The notes below the pieces were generated by a model that was not told where the DNA came from, did no database searches, and worked only from the letters and a program-made list of their open reading frames with translations. Positions 29,165-39,370 of a stretch of 64,000 bases of DNA are shown here, one piece after another. Position 1 is the stretch's first letter. Every line of letters starts with the position of its first letter. Both the position numbers and the translations under genes were made by a program. The DNA comes from Chitinophagaceae bacterium (lineage in GTDB: Bacteria > Bacteroidota > Bacteroidia > Chitinophagales > Chitinophagaceae), in NCBI GenBank assembly GCA_051004255.1, contig JBPCKN010000012.1:23119-87118 (forward strand). Direction: 5' to 3'.

Positions 29165-29626
29165 TCACCAATTCTGCATGTGTTCTTTTACAATTCTTTC
29201 AGAATCGGCAGCAGGATTTGTTTTCCAATCAGGATCATATTTTACGAACCAGCTTATCCATAAACTTCGTGACATGCGCATGAATAACGGCAGTAAAAGA
29301 ATGAGCACAAAAGCATTTAAACCTAACCACCAAAAAATGCGGTTATCATCAATTGAAAATCCTAAAATCAACCACCACGCAACAAAACTAATTGCGGAAA
29401 ATACAACCGTAAGTAAATAACTCACATAACTTGTTCCATAATAAAAACCTACCTCAATATCAGTTGGCTGGCCGCAAACCGGGCATCTATCATACATTTT
29501 CATGTATTCGCCATTTTTAAATTTATATGGATTTTTTGATATAAATAAATGCCCTTCTCTACAACGCGGGCATTTATTACCAAGCACACTTAACAAGTAA
29601 GCAGGTTTACTTTTTGTTTCACTCAT
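29165..29626 (-). CDS. DUF983-like zinc-ribbon membrane protein
   Basis: CPRC...CPVC pairs followed by two TM helices. Confidence 0.6.
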   Translation of the reverse strand: MSETKSKPAYLLSVLGNKCPRCREGHLFISKNPYKFKNGEYMKMYDRCPVCGQPTDIEVGFYYGTSYVSYLLTVVFSAISFVAWWLILGFSIDDNRIFWWLGLNAFVLILLLPLFMRMSRSLWISWFVKYDPDWKTNPAADSERIVKEHMQNW

Positions 29627-29664
29627 AATTTATTTTTCGTGTGCAAGTTAATTTATATTATTTC

Positions 29665-29976
29665 CTATGCGTGTGTCTGTATTATTTGCTGTAATTGTTT
29701 TGCCTGCATTACACCACTTTGGCGCCACACTATTTTTCCTTTTTTGAAAAGAATAAGTGTAGGCACGCCGCTAATATTAAAAGCGTTGGATACTTCAGGA
29801 TTTTTATCAACGTCGAGTTTTAAAATGCGAACCGCTTCGCCCATATTTTGATGTAACTCGTGCAAAATGGGTTTCATCATTTTACATGGGCCGCACCATG
29901 GTGCAAAAAAATCTACCAATACTGGTTTTTCTCCGTTAATTACATTGCGAAATGTTTCTTTTTGTGTTGCTTCCAT
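29665..29976 (-). CDS. trxA: Thioredoxin
   Basis: 103 aa with active site WCGPC. Confidence 0.92.
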   Translation of the reverse strand: MEATQKETFRNVINGEKPVLVDFFAPWCGPCKMMKPILHELHQNMGEAVRILKLDVDKNPEVSNAFNISGVPTLILFKKGKIVWRQSGVMQAKQLQQIIQTHA

Positions 29977-30169
29977 AATAAATATTTTATAAATATTGCT
30001 TCAAAGATTATACCGTTAAAAAATGCTGAAATGAATATTAATATTCAATTATGTTTGCCTGAACATTGATAAAAAATAATTTTTTGTTAAGCTGTTTCTT
30101 CCATTTGTAATACAGAAAAAAATCGTAAACTTTACAGCATAATTTTTCTAACCTGAAAAAACTTTTTGT

Positions 30170-30571
30170 ATGCGTACCGTTGCCGAAATTTTGGATTCTA
30201 AAGGTCCGCAATTTAATAATATTGATGCTGCAAAAACTGTGTTTGAAGCATTAAACGTTATGAAATGCGAAAACCTGAGTTATGTAATTGTGTTTAGCGA
30301 AGGAAAATACGTAGGTGTATTTTCTGAAAATGATTATGCAAGAAAATTAATTTTATCAGATAAGCAATCGCAAAATACGCCGGTGAGCGAAGTAATGTCC
30401 GCAGATCTTCCAATGGTTACTACAACAGACAGCTCAAAACGTTGTATGAAATTAATGAATTTGCATAAAACCCGCTACCTGCCTGTATTTGATGATTTTG
30501 ATTTTAAAGGAGTAATTACTATTCATGATCTTATGCGCGAAGCAATTACGGATGCCGAACAACAGGAATAA
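30170..30571 (+). CDS. CBS-domain pair protein
   Basis: 133 aa with two CBS-like repeats (VMKCENLSYVIV..., HKTRYLPVFDD...GVITIHDL). Confidence 0.7.
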   Translation: MRTVAEILDSKGPQFNNIDAAKTVFEALNVMKCENLSYVIVFSEGKYVGVFSENDYARKLILSDKQSQNTPVSEVMSADLPMVTTTDSSKRCMKLMNLHKTRYLPVFDDFDFKGVITIHDLMREAITDAEQQE

Positions 30572-30579
30572 ACTTAAGG

Positions 30580-30861
30580 TTATTGAATTACCACTTCGGC
30601 AATAAGCTGTTCGCCCAAAGCTTCATTTACACGCTCAATGATTTTTTCTTTTTGATACATCAGCTCCTGTTTTAAAGGTCCGGCATAAGTGCAAATAAAA
30701 AGTGTATGATTAATTATTTGTATTTTTTCAGTGTAATTAAATATTGTTTTTCCCATAATATCTTCCCAAACTTCTTCTATCTGCACTGCACGAATTCCAT
30801 TTTTTAATTTGCTCTTATTGAGAAATTGTTTTAAGGCATCTCCAATATGTAATTCGCTCAT
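30580..30861 (-). CDS. DUF721 (DciA-like) protein
   Basis: 93 aa. The N-terminal IGDALKQFL and the overall pattern resemble DUF721. Confidence 0.5.
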   Translation of the reverse strand: MSELHIGDALKQFLNKSKLKNGIRAVQIEEVWEDIMGKTIFNYTEKIQIINHTLFICTYAGPLKQELMYQKEKIIERVNEALGEQLIAEVVIQ

Positions 30862-30939
30862 GCGGTGAAGTTACTGAATGATATTTTTGTGGAGATAAGT
30901 AAGATAAAAAAATTTTAACTGAAAATTTCTCTCAACCAA

Positions 30940-32226
30940 TTATTGCATCTTTTTTAAACTTCGTTTTGCAGCTTTAATTGTAAAATCTAAATCTTTTTTT
31001 GTAAGTGCATTATTTAAAAACCAGCTTTCAAAAGCAGAAGGCGGCAAATACACACCTTGTTTTAACATTGCATGAAAAAATTTTTTAAATAACTCAATGT
31101 TTGCAGAAGAAGCGCTTTCAAAATCAATCACGGCGCGGTTGCTGAAATGCAAACTAATCATTGAACCAATTTGATTAATTACAAAATCAATTCCTGATGT
31201 TAAAAAAACCTTATGTAATTCATCGCGTAAATAAATTGTTTTTTCTTCAAGCTCATCATAAATTTTCGGGTTATTTTTTAGTTCATTCAGCAATGTAAAA
31301 CCTGCAATCATTGCAACAGGATTACCGCTTAAAGTGCCCGCCTGGTAAACGTTTCCGAGCGGCGCAATATAATGCATAATTTCCTTTTTTCCACCAAAAG
31401 CGCCAACAGGCAAACCGCCGCCAATTATTTTTCCATAAGTAATCAGGTCAGCATACACATTCATTTTTTGTTGTGCACCGCCGGCTGCTAAACGAAAGCC
31501 CGTCATTACTTCATCAAAAACTAAAACAATATTTTCTTCGTTGCAAATTCTTCTCAATCCTTCTAAAAAACCGGGCAATGGCAAAATGCAGCCCATGTTG
31601 CCCGCAACAGGTTCAACAATAATTGCCGCAATTTCATTTTTGTTTTCTTCAACTAATTTTTCAACCGCGGATAAATTATTGTATGCACAAATAAGTGTAT
31701 CGTTTGCAGCGCCGGCAGTAATTCCGGGAACAGTTTGAATATTTAAAGTTGCAACGCCGCTTCCGGCTTTCACTAAAAACGCATCAGCATGTCCATGATA
31801 ACATCCTTCAAATTTTATAAATTTATTTTTGCCGGTATAACCGCGCGCCAAACGCAAAGAGCTCATGCAGGCTTCAGTGCCGCTGTTTACCATACGAATT
31901 AAATCTACATTCGGAACCATGCTTTTAATAAGCTCAGCCATTTCAATTTCTAATTCGGTTGGCGCACCGAATGATGTAGAATTTTTTATCTTTTTTTGAA
32001 TTGCTTTTGTAACCGGCTTATATGCATGACCTAAAATCAGTGGGCCCCAGGAGGAGATATAATCAATGTATTTATTGCCATCAACATCGTACAAATAAGT
32101 GCCTTTTGCTTTTTGCATAAACACCGGCGTTCCGCCAACAGATTTAAATGCACGTACGGGAGAATTTACTCCGCCGGGAATTGACTTTTGTGCGCGCTCA
32201 AATAATTGGTTACTTTTTTTATTCAT
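30940..32226 (-). CDS. hemL: Glutamate-1-semialdehyde 2,1-aminomutase
   Basis: Class III aminotransferase with the [12 protein letters not shown]-terminus and FDEVMTGFR motif. Length is 428 aa. Confidence 0.92.
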   Translation of the reverse strand: MNKKSNQLFERAQKSIPGGVNSPVRAFKSVGGTPVFMQKAKGTYLYDVDGNKYIDYISSWGPLILGHAYKPVTKAIQKKIKNSTSFGAPTELEIEMAELIKSMVPNVDLIRMVNSGTEACMSSLRLARGYTGKNKFIKFEGCYHGHADAFLVKAGSGVATLNIQTVPGITAGAANDTLICAYNNLSAVEKLVEENKNEIAAIIVEPVAGNMGCILPLPGFLEGLRRICNEENIVLVFDEVMTGFRLAAGGAQQKMNVYADLITYGKIIGGGLPVGAFGGKKEIMHYIAPLGNVYQAGTLSGNPVAMIAGFTLLNELKNNPKIYDELEEKTIYLRDELHKVFLTSGIDFVINQIGSMISLHFSNRAVIDFESASSANIELFKKFFHAMLKQGVYLPPSAFESWFLNNALTKKDLDFTIKAAKRSLKKMQ

Positions 32227-32235
32227 GAAAATTTT

Positions 32236-32523
32236 TTATACAATTAATTCATTTATATTTTTTGCTTTTTGACTTGCATTAAATTCGATGATATTGTATT
32301 CTGCCAATTTATTTTTATGAAACGGATCTTCTTTAATTATTTTTTCGATAAATTTTTTATCGTTGCCAACGGCAATTATTATTCCGCCTGTGCGTGGAAT
32401 TTTTCTTCCGGAAACAATAAAATTTCCTTTATTATAATATTTATTTAGAAATAACACATGTTTTTTCATATACGCATCAACTTGTTCTAATGCAACTTTA
32501 TAAGATAATTCTATGACGAACAT
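32236..32523 (-). CDS. YciI-like protein
   Basis: 95 aa with the ...GGIIIAV...DPF... pattern. Probably cotranscribed with hemL. Confidence 0.55.
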   Translation of the reverse strand: MFVIELSYKVALEQVDAYMKKHVLFLNKYYNKGNFIVSGRKIPRTGGIIIAVGNDKKFIEKIIKEDPFHKNKLAEYNIIEFNASQKAKNINELIV

Positions 32524-32872
32524 TTTAAATTTTATTTTGTAAAGCTAAATACCACAAGGTACTGTCTTTACTTTCAAAATAATTTTTTACGATTATTACA
32601 TCGCATTGATTAAACGAAAATTTTAACCAGGTTTATTCAGCGCTGTATTATTATGAATTCATCATACACTTAAGTGCCATGCAACAGCGATACCAGGTTG
32701 TACTTTAGTTTGCCATTCCAAAAAGATTTCTTCATTATGTTGTTAACGGATTATGCGTGCCCGAAAACAAAATCAAATGCATGCTCATGTAAAATTATCT
32801 GAACGAATTACAATTAATGGCATGATTTTAAATTATATTCATTTAATTATTACTCAACAAAAAAAATAATTT

Positions 32873-33913
32873 ATGTTTTATCATGTAAAAGATTTACAAT
32901 TTAATGCGAGAGTCTCAAGACCTGACCCTGCTTTTGCAACATTATTATTAGAACAGTTTGGCGGCGCTAATGGCGAATTAGCCGCAGCACTGCGATATTT
33001 TGGGCAAGCATTTGGGGCAAAAAATCCATATCCTGATAAATACGATCTGCTTATGGATATTGCCACCGAAGAATTTAGCCATCTCGAAATTGTTGGTGCA
33101 ACAATTCAAATGCTGCTCACCGGCATTAATGGCGATCTTAAAAATGCAGCCGAAAATTCTGAAATTATGCAGTTATTAAACGGCAAAGCATCAAAGGAAA
33201 ATATGATTCATCAAGGCATGGTTGCTCCGCAGTTTTTTGTTGGTAGCGCCGGCGGCCCTTGTTATACTAATAGCCAGGGTGTGCCATGGACGGCAGCTTA
33301 TATTAACGGTGATACACAGGGCGATTTGACTTCAGATCTTCGCTCAGATATTGCAGCAGAAACCCGCGCAAAAATGGTTTATGAATATTTGCTTCAGTTT
33401 ACAAATGACCCTTATGTAAAAGAAACACTCCGCTTTTTAATGACAAGAGAAGTGGCACATTACCAAATGTTTGAAGCTGCGCTTGAAACAATTCAGCCAA
33501 ACTTTCCTATGGGAACTTTGCAAAGCGATCCTCGTTATAGTAATTTATATTTTAATTTCTCTACAGGTAACGATTTTCGTGGACCGTGGAATGAAGGACA
33601 AAGCACCCAATTAGGCGAAACCATTCAGTTTATTGAAGACCCGATAAAACATGTGATGGAAACAAACGCATTGCTTGATCAGCAGGCTGAAGGAACAGAC
33701 CGCACCGAAGAAAGCGTGCAACAATTAAATAAAGAAATTGGCGAACAAAAAATGGAAGAAATTACTTCCGCATCACCAATGAAGGATATGCAATGGAATA
33801 AACCTTCAACATTAATGAGTGAAGATGGCATGGATGGTGAAGAAAATGCATCAAATTTAAAAGCAAAAAAATTAAGTGGCAGTAAGCAAAAAAATGCCAG
33901 AAGTAAAAGATAA
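32873..33913 (+). CDS. Manganese catalase with a C-terminal low-complexity extension
   Basis: Ferritin-like di-metal motifs (ATEEFSHLEIV, MTREVAHYQMF) and the typical N-terminus LLLEQFGGANGELAAALRYF. Confidence 0.85.
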   Translation: MFYHVKDLQFNARVSRPDPAFATLLLEQFGGANGELAAALRYFGQAFGAKNPYPDKYDLLMDIATEEFSHLEIVGATIQMLLTGINGDLKNAAENSEIMQLLNGKASKENMIHQGMVAPQFFVGSAGGPCYTNSQGVPWTAAYINGDTQGDLTSDLRSDIAAETRAKMVYEYLLQFTNDPYVKETLRFLMTREVAHYQMFEAALETIQPNFPMGTLQSDPRYSNLYFNFSTGNDFRGPWNEGQSTQLGETIQFIEDPIKHVMETNALLDQQAEGTDRTEESVQQLNKEIGEQKMEEITSASPMKDMQWNKPSTLMSEDGMDGEENASNLKAKKLSGSKQKNARSKR

Positions 33914-34628
33914 TTTTTCAAACAATATACAGCAGGCGGATGGTATAGAAATAACTTACTATACTGACCCGCTTTGTTGCTGGAGCTGGGCATTTGAGCC
34001 GCAATGGCGAAAACTACAATTTGAATTTAGCGGAAAAATAAGCTGGCATTATGTTATGGGCGGTTTGTTGCCAAGTTGGAAAAATTATAATGATCCTATA
34101 AATAATGTAAGTCGCCCAATACAAATGGGACCGGTTTGGATGCATGCCAGCCAAGTGTCAGGCATACCAATGCATCAAAGAATTTGGATAGAAGATCCGC
34201 CTGCTTCTTCTTATCCTGCCTGCATCGCAGTTAAATGTGCAGAGCTTCAATCAACAGAAACAGGTGAAAAATATTTACGACTTCTTCGCGAAGCAATTAT
34301 GATTAACGGCATAAATATTTCTAAACAAACTGAATTAATTAAGATTGCTGAAACACTTACACAGAAAGGTTTTACTGAGTTTACTCTTATAAAATTTAAG
34401 GAAGATTTAAAAACAGATAAAGGTCTTGAAGCATTTCGCAAAGATCTGCAAGAGGTGCAATACCGTAATATCAATCGCTTTCCTACATTAATAATTAAAG
34501 CAAATCAACAACCGCCTATTCTTATTACTGGTTATCGGCCCTATTCAATTTTGCTCGATGCAATAAAACAAGTAGCGCCGCAGTTACAAAAAACCCAGCA
34601 GGCAATTAACGAGGAAGAAATTTTTTGA
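33894..34628 (+). CDS. DsbA-family thioredoxin-fold protein
   Basis: DPLCCWSW active-site-like region. The ATG at 33894 is preferred and overlaps the end of the catalase gene. The stop codon lies inside repeat copy G. Confidence 0.65.
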   Translation: MPEVKDNFSNNIQQADGIEITYYTDPLCCWSWAFEPQWRKLQFEFSGKISWHYVMGGLLPSWKNYNDPINNVSRPIQMGPVWMHASQVSGIPMHQRIWIEDPPASSYPACIAVKCAELQSTETGEKYLRLLREAIMINGINISKQTELIKIAETLTQKGFTEFTLIKFKEDLKTDKGLEAFRKDLQEVQYRNINRFPTLIIKANQQPPILITGYRPYSILLDAIKQVAPQLQKTQQAINEEEIF

Positions 34629-34677
34629 GCCGGGCTTTAGAATAAATATTTAGCATCGTTGCGTCGCACTCTTGTGC
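34621..34677 (-). repeat. Bipartite intergenic element, copy G (reverse; overlaps the DsbA-like stop)
   Basis: TTTTTTGAGCCGGGCTTTAG...GCATCGTTGCGTCGCACTCTTGTGC. Confidence 0.9.
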
Positions 34678-34755
34678 GATTTGTTTTTTACTGAACTATT
34701 GTATAAAAATAGCTTTATAATTTATTTGCCATTAATTGATGCCAAATGTAATGCA

Positions 34756-34816
34756 GCACAAGAGTGCGACGCAACAGCTGATGCCATCTGCACTTTAGCT
34801 CATCCCCCAAAAAAAA
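34756..34816 (+). repeat. Bipartite intergenic element, copy H (core-first; 72 nt before the uvrD ATG)
   Basis: GCACAAGAGTGCGACGCAACAGCTGATGCC...TTTAGCTCATCCCCCAAAAAAAA. Confidence 0.85.
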
Positions 34817-34888
34817 TTCTTCACAAATTATTAATAACAGATTTCCCGCTTCGCTCGAAAAAACAAATGCAAAATGTAACTTGCACTT

Positions 34889-37216
34889 ATGCAGGATTAT
34901 TTGAGCGGATTGAATGAACCGCAGCGCGAAGCAGTTACTTACCTAAATGGACCTTTAATGATTGTTGCTGGCGCAGGCAGCGGCAAAACCCGCGTGCTTA
35001 CTACGCGCATCGCGCACCTGATGGCAAACGGCGTTGATGCGTTTAATATTCTGGCGCTCACTTTTACAAACAAAGCTGCCGCCGAAATGAAAGAACGCGT
35101 TGAAAAAATTCTTGGCAACACCGATGCACGCAATTTATATATCGGCACTTTTCACAGTGTATTTGCAAGAATTTTACGCGCCGAAGCGCCGCGCATTGGC
35201 TTCCCAAACAACTTTACAATTTATGATACGGAGGATAGTCGCAGCGTTTTAAAAACGGTTATCAACGAATTGAATCTGGATGATAAACATTACAAACCGA
35301 GCATTGTTCACAATAGAATTTCTGCGGCAAAAAATGCGTTGGTTGGTGCGGCAGAATATGCAAACGATTATTATATTCAGCAGGAAGATATTCGCAGCAA
35401 TCGCCCGGCAATTGCACAAATTTATGCCGCTTATTGCGCGCGATGTTTTAAAAATGGAGCGATGGATTTTGATGATCTGCTTTTAAAAATGTATGAATTA
35501 TTAAGAGATTTTCCGGATGCTTTGCACAAGTATCAGCACAAGTTTAAATATATTTTAATTGATGAATATCAGGATACAAATGCAGTGCAATATCAAATAA
35601 CAAAATTGTTAGCTGCAGTGCATGAAAATATTTGCGTTGTTGGCGATGATGCGCAAAGCATTTACAGTTTTCGCGGCGCAACGATTGAAAATATTTTGCA
35701 GTTTCAAAAAGATTATGAAGATGTGAAAGTGATAAAGCTGGAGCAAAATTATCGAAGCAGCCAAAGCATTTTAAATGTTGCCAATGAAGTAATCAAAAAA
35801 AATAAAGGACAAATTCCAAAAGTTTTATGGACTTCAAATCATGAAGGAGAAAAAATAAAATTGGTAAGAACAATGACGGATAATGATGAAGGAAAATTTG
35901 TTGCCGACAGTATTCAGGAACAAAAACTGCGCAATCATTATCGCAACAATGATTTTGCAATTTTGTATCGCACAAACGCGCAGAGCCGTGCGTTTGAAGA
36001 AAGTTTGCGGCGCATGGGAATTCCGTACAGAATTTATGGCGGCATCAGCTTTTATCAGCGCAAAGAAATAAAAGATGTGCTTTCTTATTTGCGCATAATT
36101 GTAAATACAAATGATGAAGAAGCGCTGAAACGCATCATCAATTATCCGATTCGCGGCATCGGAAAAACAACTGTAGAAAAATGTGTGATTATTGCAAACG
36201 AACAAAATATTTCGATGTGGAATGTGCTGGAACGTGCGTCTGAACTGGGTTTTAAAGCAGGCACTTTAGAAGCGATTCAAAATTTTGTTACGATGATTCG
36301 CTATTTTCAAACTTTAGCAAAAGAAAAAAATGCTTATGAAGTTGCAGTGCAGGTTGGCAAGCACGCAAATATCATCAAAGAATTATTCAACGATAAAACA
36401 ACCGAAGGTTTAGCAAGATATGAGAACATTCAGGAGTTGCTGAATTCAATAAAAGAATGGACGGAAAGCCCGAGCAATGAAGAAGGAGAATTGGGCAATA
36501 AAAGTTTAGGAAGTTATTTGCAACAGATTACTTTGCTCACGGATGCTGATGAAGAAAAAGGCGAAAGCGATGCTGTAAAATTGATGACGATACATTCGGC
36601 AAAAGGTTTGGAATTTGGTTGTGTTTTTGTTGGCGGAATTGAAGAAACTTTATTTCCGAATGCAATGAGTATAAACACACGCGAAGAATTGGAAGAAGAG
36701 CGCCGGTTATTTTATGTTGCAGTTACAAGAGCGAAACATCGTTTGTGGTTGACTTATGCGAATACGCGATACCGTTTCGGAAATTTATCGCAAAATGAAC
36801 CGAGCCGGTTTTTAGAAGAATTACCCGAACAATTTTTAGACAGAAGTTTTGCAGGCGGCGGCGCAAGAAACCAGGGAAACTTTGGGATTCCCGGTTCTGC
36901 ATTCGCAAGAATGCATCGCGGATTTGAAAATGAAAATTCAACATCTGAAAACCGAAATGCAAGAACTTCGCAGCCTTCTTATTTAACACAAAACGCCAAA
37001 CAGCAAACAATTGAGCATATTCCTGCAAAAGATTTTGCACCGAGCGATACTTCCAATTTGAAGGTTGGTCAAAAAATTGAGCATCAAAAATTTGGCTTTG
37101 GAGAAGTTACAAAAATGGAAGGCAGTGCGCACAATCCAATTGCAACAGTAAAGTTTGAGCACAACGGCGAAAAAAAAATTATGTTGAATTATGCAAAGCT
37201 GCGGATTATGGAATAA
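34889..37216 (+). CDS. uvrD: UvrD/PcrA-family ATP-dependent DNA helicase
   Basis: Walker A GAGSGKT, motif II IDEYQDTN, and motifs VGDDAQSIYSFRGA, QNYRS and VTRAK. Confidence 0.92.
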   Translation: MQDYLSGLNEPQREAVTYLNGPLMIVAGAGSGKTRVLTTRIAHLMANGVDAFNILALTFTNKAAAEMKERVEKILGNTDARNLYIGTFHSVFARILRAEAPRIGFPNNFTIYDTEDSRSVLKTVINELNLDDKHYKPSIVHNRISAAKNALVGAAEYANDYYIQQEDIRSNRPAIAQIYAAYCARCFKNGAMDFDDLLLKMYELLRDFPDALHKYQHKFKYILIDEYQDTNAVQYQITKLLAAVHENICVVGDDAQSIYSFRGATIENILQFQKDYEDVKVIKLEQNYRSSQSILNVANEVIKKNKGQIPKVLWTSNHEGEKIKLVRTMTDNDEGKFVADSIQEQKLRNHYRNNDFAILYRTNAQSRAFEESLRRMGIPYRIYGGISFYQRKEIKDVLSYLRIIVNTNDEEALKRIINYPIRGIGKTTVEKCVIIANEQNISMWNVLERASELGFKAGTLEAIQNFVTMIRYFQTLAKEKNAYEVAVQVGKHANIIKELFNDKTTEGLARYENIQELLNSIKEWTESPSNEEGELGNKSLGSYLQQITLLTDADEEKGESDAVKLMTIHSAKGLEFGCVFVGGIEETLFPNAMSINTREELEEERRLFYVAVTRAKHRLWLTYANTRYRFGNLSQNEPSRFLEELPEQFLDRSFAGGGARNQGNFGIPGSAFARMHRGFENENSTSENRNARTSQPSYLTQNAKQQTIEHIPAKDFAPSDTSNLKVGQKIEHQKFGFGEVTKMEGSAHNPIATVKFEHNGEKKIMLNYAKLRIME

Positions 37217-37239
37217 AGCTAAATTTGCATTTATATTAT

Positions 37240-37542
37240 ATGCCAACCATTATAGAACAACATTTGCCTGAAATAAAAAAACTTATGCGCCAGCATGGAG
37301 TTAGTAAAGCATACGCATTTGGCAGTGCGATAAAAAATACAATGGATGAAAACAGTGATGTAGATTTCATCATTAGTTTTCCTGAAAATATGGACTATGA
37401 AACTTATGGAAATAATTACTTCAATTTGCTTTACGCACTTCAAAATTTATTAAATAAAGATGTTGAACTCGTTACAGAAAAAACATTAAAAAACCCTTAC
37501 CTGCTGCAAAGCATCAACCAACATAAGGTGCAACTGCTATGA
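37240..37542 (+). CDS. MNT nucleotidyltransferase (type VII antitoxin of HepT)
   Basis: GSAIKNTMDENSDVDF matches the GSxxxGxxxxxSDxD pol-beta NTase motif. It overlaps the downstream DUF86 gene by 4 nt. Confidence 0.8.
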   Translation: MPTIIEQHLPEIKKLMRQHGVSKAYAFGSAIKNTMDENSDVDFIISFPENMDYETYGNNYFNLLYALQNLLNKDVELVTEKTLKNPYLLQSINQHKVQLL

Positions 37543-37880
37543 GTTTGGAAGAAAAAAAATTGCTCACCGACATTTTAGAAGCTATCTTTTCGATAGACGA
37601 ACATTTAGAAAATCGCAGAAACTTTCAAGAGTTTGCTAACAGTAAAACGAAACGTCGTGCAGTAGAAAGAGAGCTTGAAATTATTGGCGAAGCGATGAGC
37701 AATCTTTTAAAAATAAATCCTTTAATTACAATTTCTCATACACGACCGATTGTTGATTTGCGAAATAAAGTTATTCATGCTTATGATGCAATTGATGAAA
37801 CTATTCTTTGGAAAGTAATCATGAAAGATATTCCTGTTTTATTTGATGAAGTTAAAAAATTGCTTAAAGAAAATAAATAA
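37539..37880 (+). CDS. HepT (DUF86) RNase toxin
   Basis: 113 aa with RNKVIHAYD, matching the Rx4HxY HEPN motif. Confidence 0.8.
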   Translation: MSLEEKKLLTDILEAIFSIDEHLENRRNFQEFANSKTKRRAVERELEIIGEAMSNLLKINPLITISHTRPIVDLRNKVIHAYDAIDETILWKVIMKDIPVLFDEVKKLLKENK

Positions 37881-37886
37881 ATTTTC

Positions 37887-39032
37887 ATGCAAAAAATCAT
37901 CTCTAAACTTCCAGAAGTTGGCACAACAATTTTTACAGTGATGAGCGTACTTGCGGCAGAAAATAATGCCGTTAATTTAGGTCAGGGGTTTCCTGATTTT
38001 CAAATGAGTGAAGAATTGATTGAGCTTGTAAACAAAGCAATGAAAAATGGTTCCAATCAATATATTCACATGAATGGTTTGCTTTTGCTGCGCGAAAGAA
38101 TTTCGGAAAAAGTTAAGAAATTATATCAAACAAGAATAAATCCTGAAACACAAATCACAATTACGCCCGGTGCAACTTATGCAATTTATACAGCGCTTAC
38201 AACTGTGTTGCAGCCTAATGACGAAGTAATTGTTTTTGAGCCTGCTTACGACAGCTACATTCCGAACATCGAAATAAATTTTGCAAAAGCAATTCGCATT
38301 TCTTTGCAACTTCCTAATTATTCAATTCCATGGAATGAAGTGAAGGAAAAAATTTCTTCGCGCACAAAAATGATTATGCTTAATTCGCCGCATAATCCAA
38401 CAGGAATGGTTTTGCGCGAAAATGATATACAACAATTGCAAAAAATAGTTGAAGGAACCGATATTTTAATATTAAGTGATGAAGTTTATGAGCATTTAAT
38501 TTATGATGAAATTCCGCATGAAAGCATTTTACGTTATCCTGAATTATTGCAAAGAAGCTTTGTTTGTTTTTCGTTTGGTAAAACGTACAATTGCACCGGA
38601 TGGAAATTGGGTTATTGCATTTCCTCGCCTGAATTAATGAATGAATTTCGAAAGGTTCATCAGTTCAATGCGTTTTGTTGTAATACACCAATTCAGTTTG
38701 CCCTTGCAGAGTTTTTACAAAATGAAAATGCGTATTTATCACTTTCAAATTTGATGCAACAAAAAAGAGATTATTTCCGCAAACTCATGCAGGATACGGC
38801 TTTCACACTTATTCCATCTCACGGCAGTTATTTTGAATGTTATAATTATGCAGACATTTCTGATGAATCTGAGAAAGATTTTGCCATTCGGTTAACAAAA
38901 GAAAATGGCGTTGCAACAATTCCTTTAAGTGTTTTTTATAAAGATGGAAAAGATGATAAAGTACTGCGTTTTTGTTTTTGTAAAAAAGAAGAAACACTTG
39001 AAAAAGCGGTGGAAGGATTGAGGAAATTGTGA
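37887..39032 (+). CDS. Class I/II PLP aminotransferase (YbdL/methionine aminotransferase-like)
   Basis: NLGQGFPDF N-terminus, NSPHNPTG, and PLP-lysine context FSFGKTYNCTGWKLGY. Confidence 0.8.
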   Translation: MQKIISKLPEVGTTIFTVMSVLAAENNAVNLGQGFPDFQMSEELIELVNKAMKNGSNQYIHMNGLLLLRERISEKVKKLYQTRINPETQITITPGATYAIYTALTTVLQPNDEVIVFEPAYDSYIPNIEINFAKAIRISLQLPNYSIPWNEVKEKISSRTKMIMLNSPHNPTGMVLRENDIQQLQKIVEGTDILILSDEVYEHLIYDEIPHESILRYPELLQRSFVCFSFGKTYNCTGWKLGYCISSPELMNEFRKVHQFNAFCCNTPIQFALAEFLQNENAYLSLSNLMQQKRDYFRKLMQDTAFTLIPSHGSYFECYNYADISDESEKDFAIRLTKENGVATIPLSVFYKDGKDDKVLRFCFCKKEETLEKAVEGLRKL

Positions 39033-39064
39033 TTTGATTATTGTAAAAAAAAACGACAAGCATC

Positions 39065-39139
39065 GTCATTGCGAGGAGGAACGACGAAGCAATCTGCCTC
39101 AAGAAAATAATCAGATTGCTTCGCTGCGCTCGCAATGAC
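39065..39139. repeat. Complete hairpin of the GTCATTGCGAGG...CTCGCAATGAC type
   Basis: Arm 1 is at 39065-39096 and arm 2 (CAGATTGCTTCGCTGCGCTCGCAATGAC) at 39112-39139, with a 15-nt loop. Confidence 0.85.
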
Positions 39140-39238
39140 GTTTATTATGCTTGCAATGACGAAAAGAGTTGCGCACAACTTCCTAAAAAATTTCAACAAA
39201 AAAAATTTCAAACTTATTTGCTGAATAAAGTTTTGAAC

Positions 39239-39296
39239 GTACAAGTGTGCGACGCAACGATGCTCAATAGAATTACTAATGTTTGTTTCAAAAAAA
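39239..39296 (+). repeat. Bipartite intergenic element, copy I (core-first; 74 nt before the cysH ATG)
   Basis: GTACAAGTGTGCGACGCAACGATGCTCAAT...GTTTGTTTCAAAAAAA. Confidence 0.85.
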
Positions 39297-39370
39297 CCCA
39301 ACCAACAATTAACGATTAACAAATAACTTTTGAAAAAATTGTTGATTAATTTGCGAACTTATTTTTCACC

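Noticed and set aside
34672-34917. ORF-track entries lying in repeat-filled spacers (34672-34917, 39038-39322, 39116-39319, 40920-41102, 13169-13495, 787-987, 9391-9639)
   Set aside because: They are translations of the intergenic repeats (peptides such as QECDAT or HRCVALL) and overlap real gene ends. They have no independent coding evidence.
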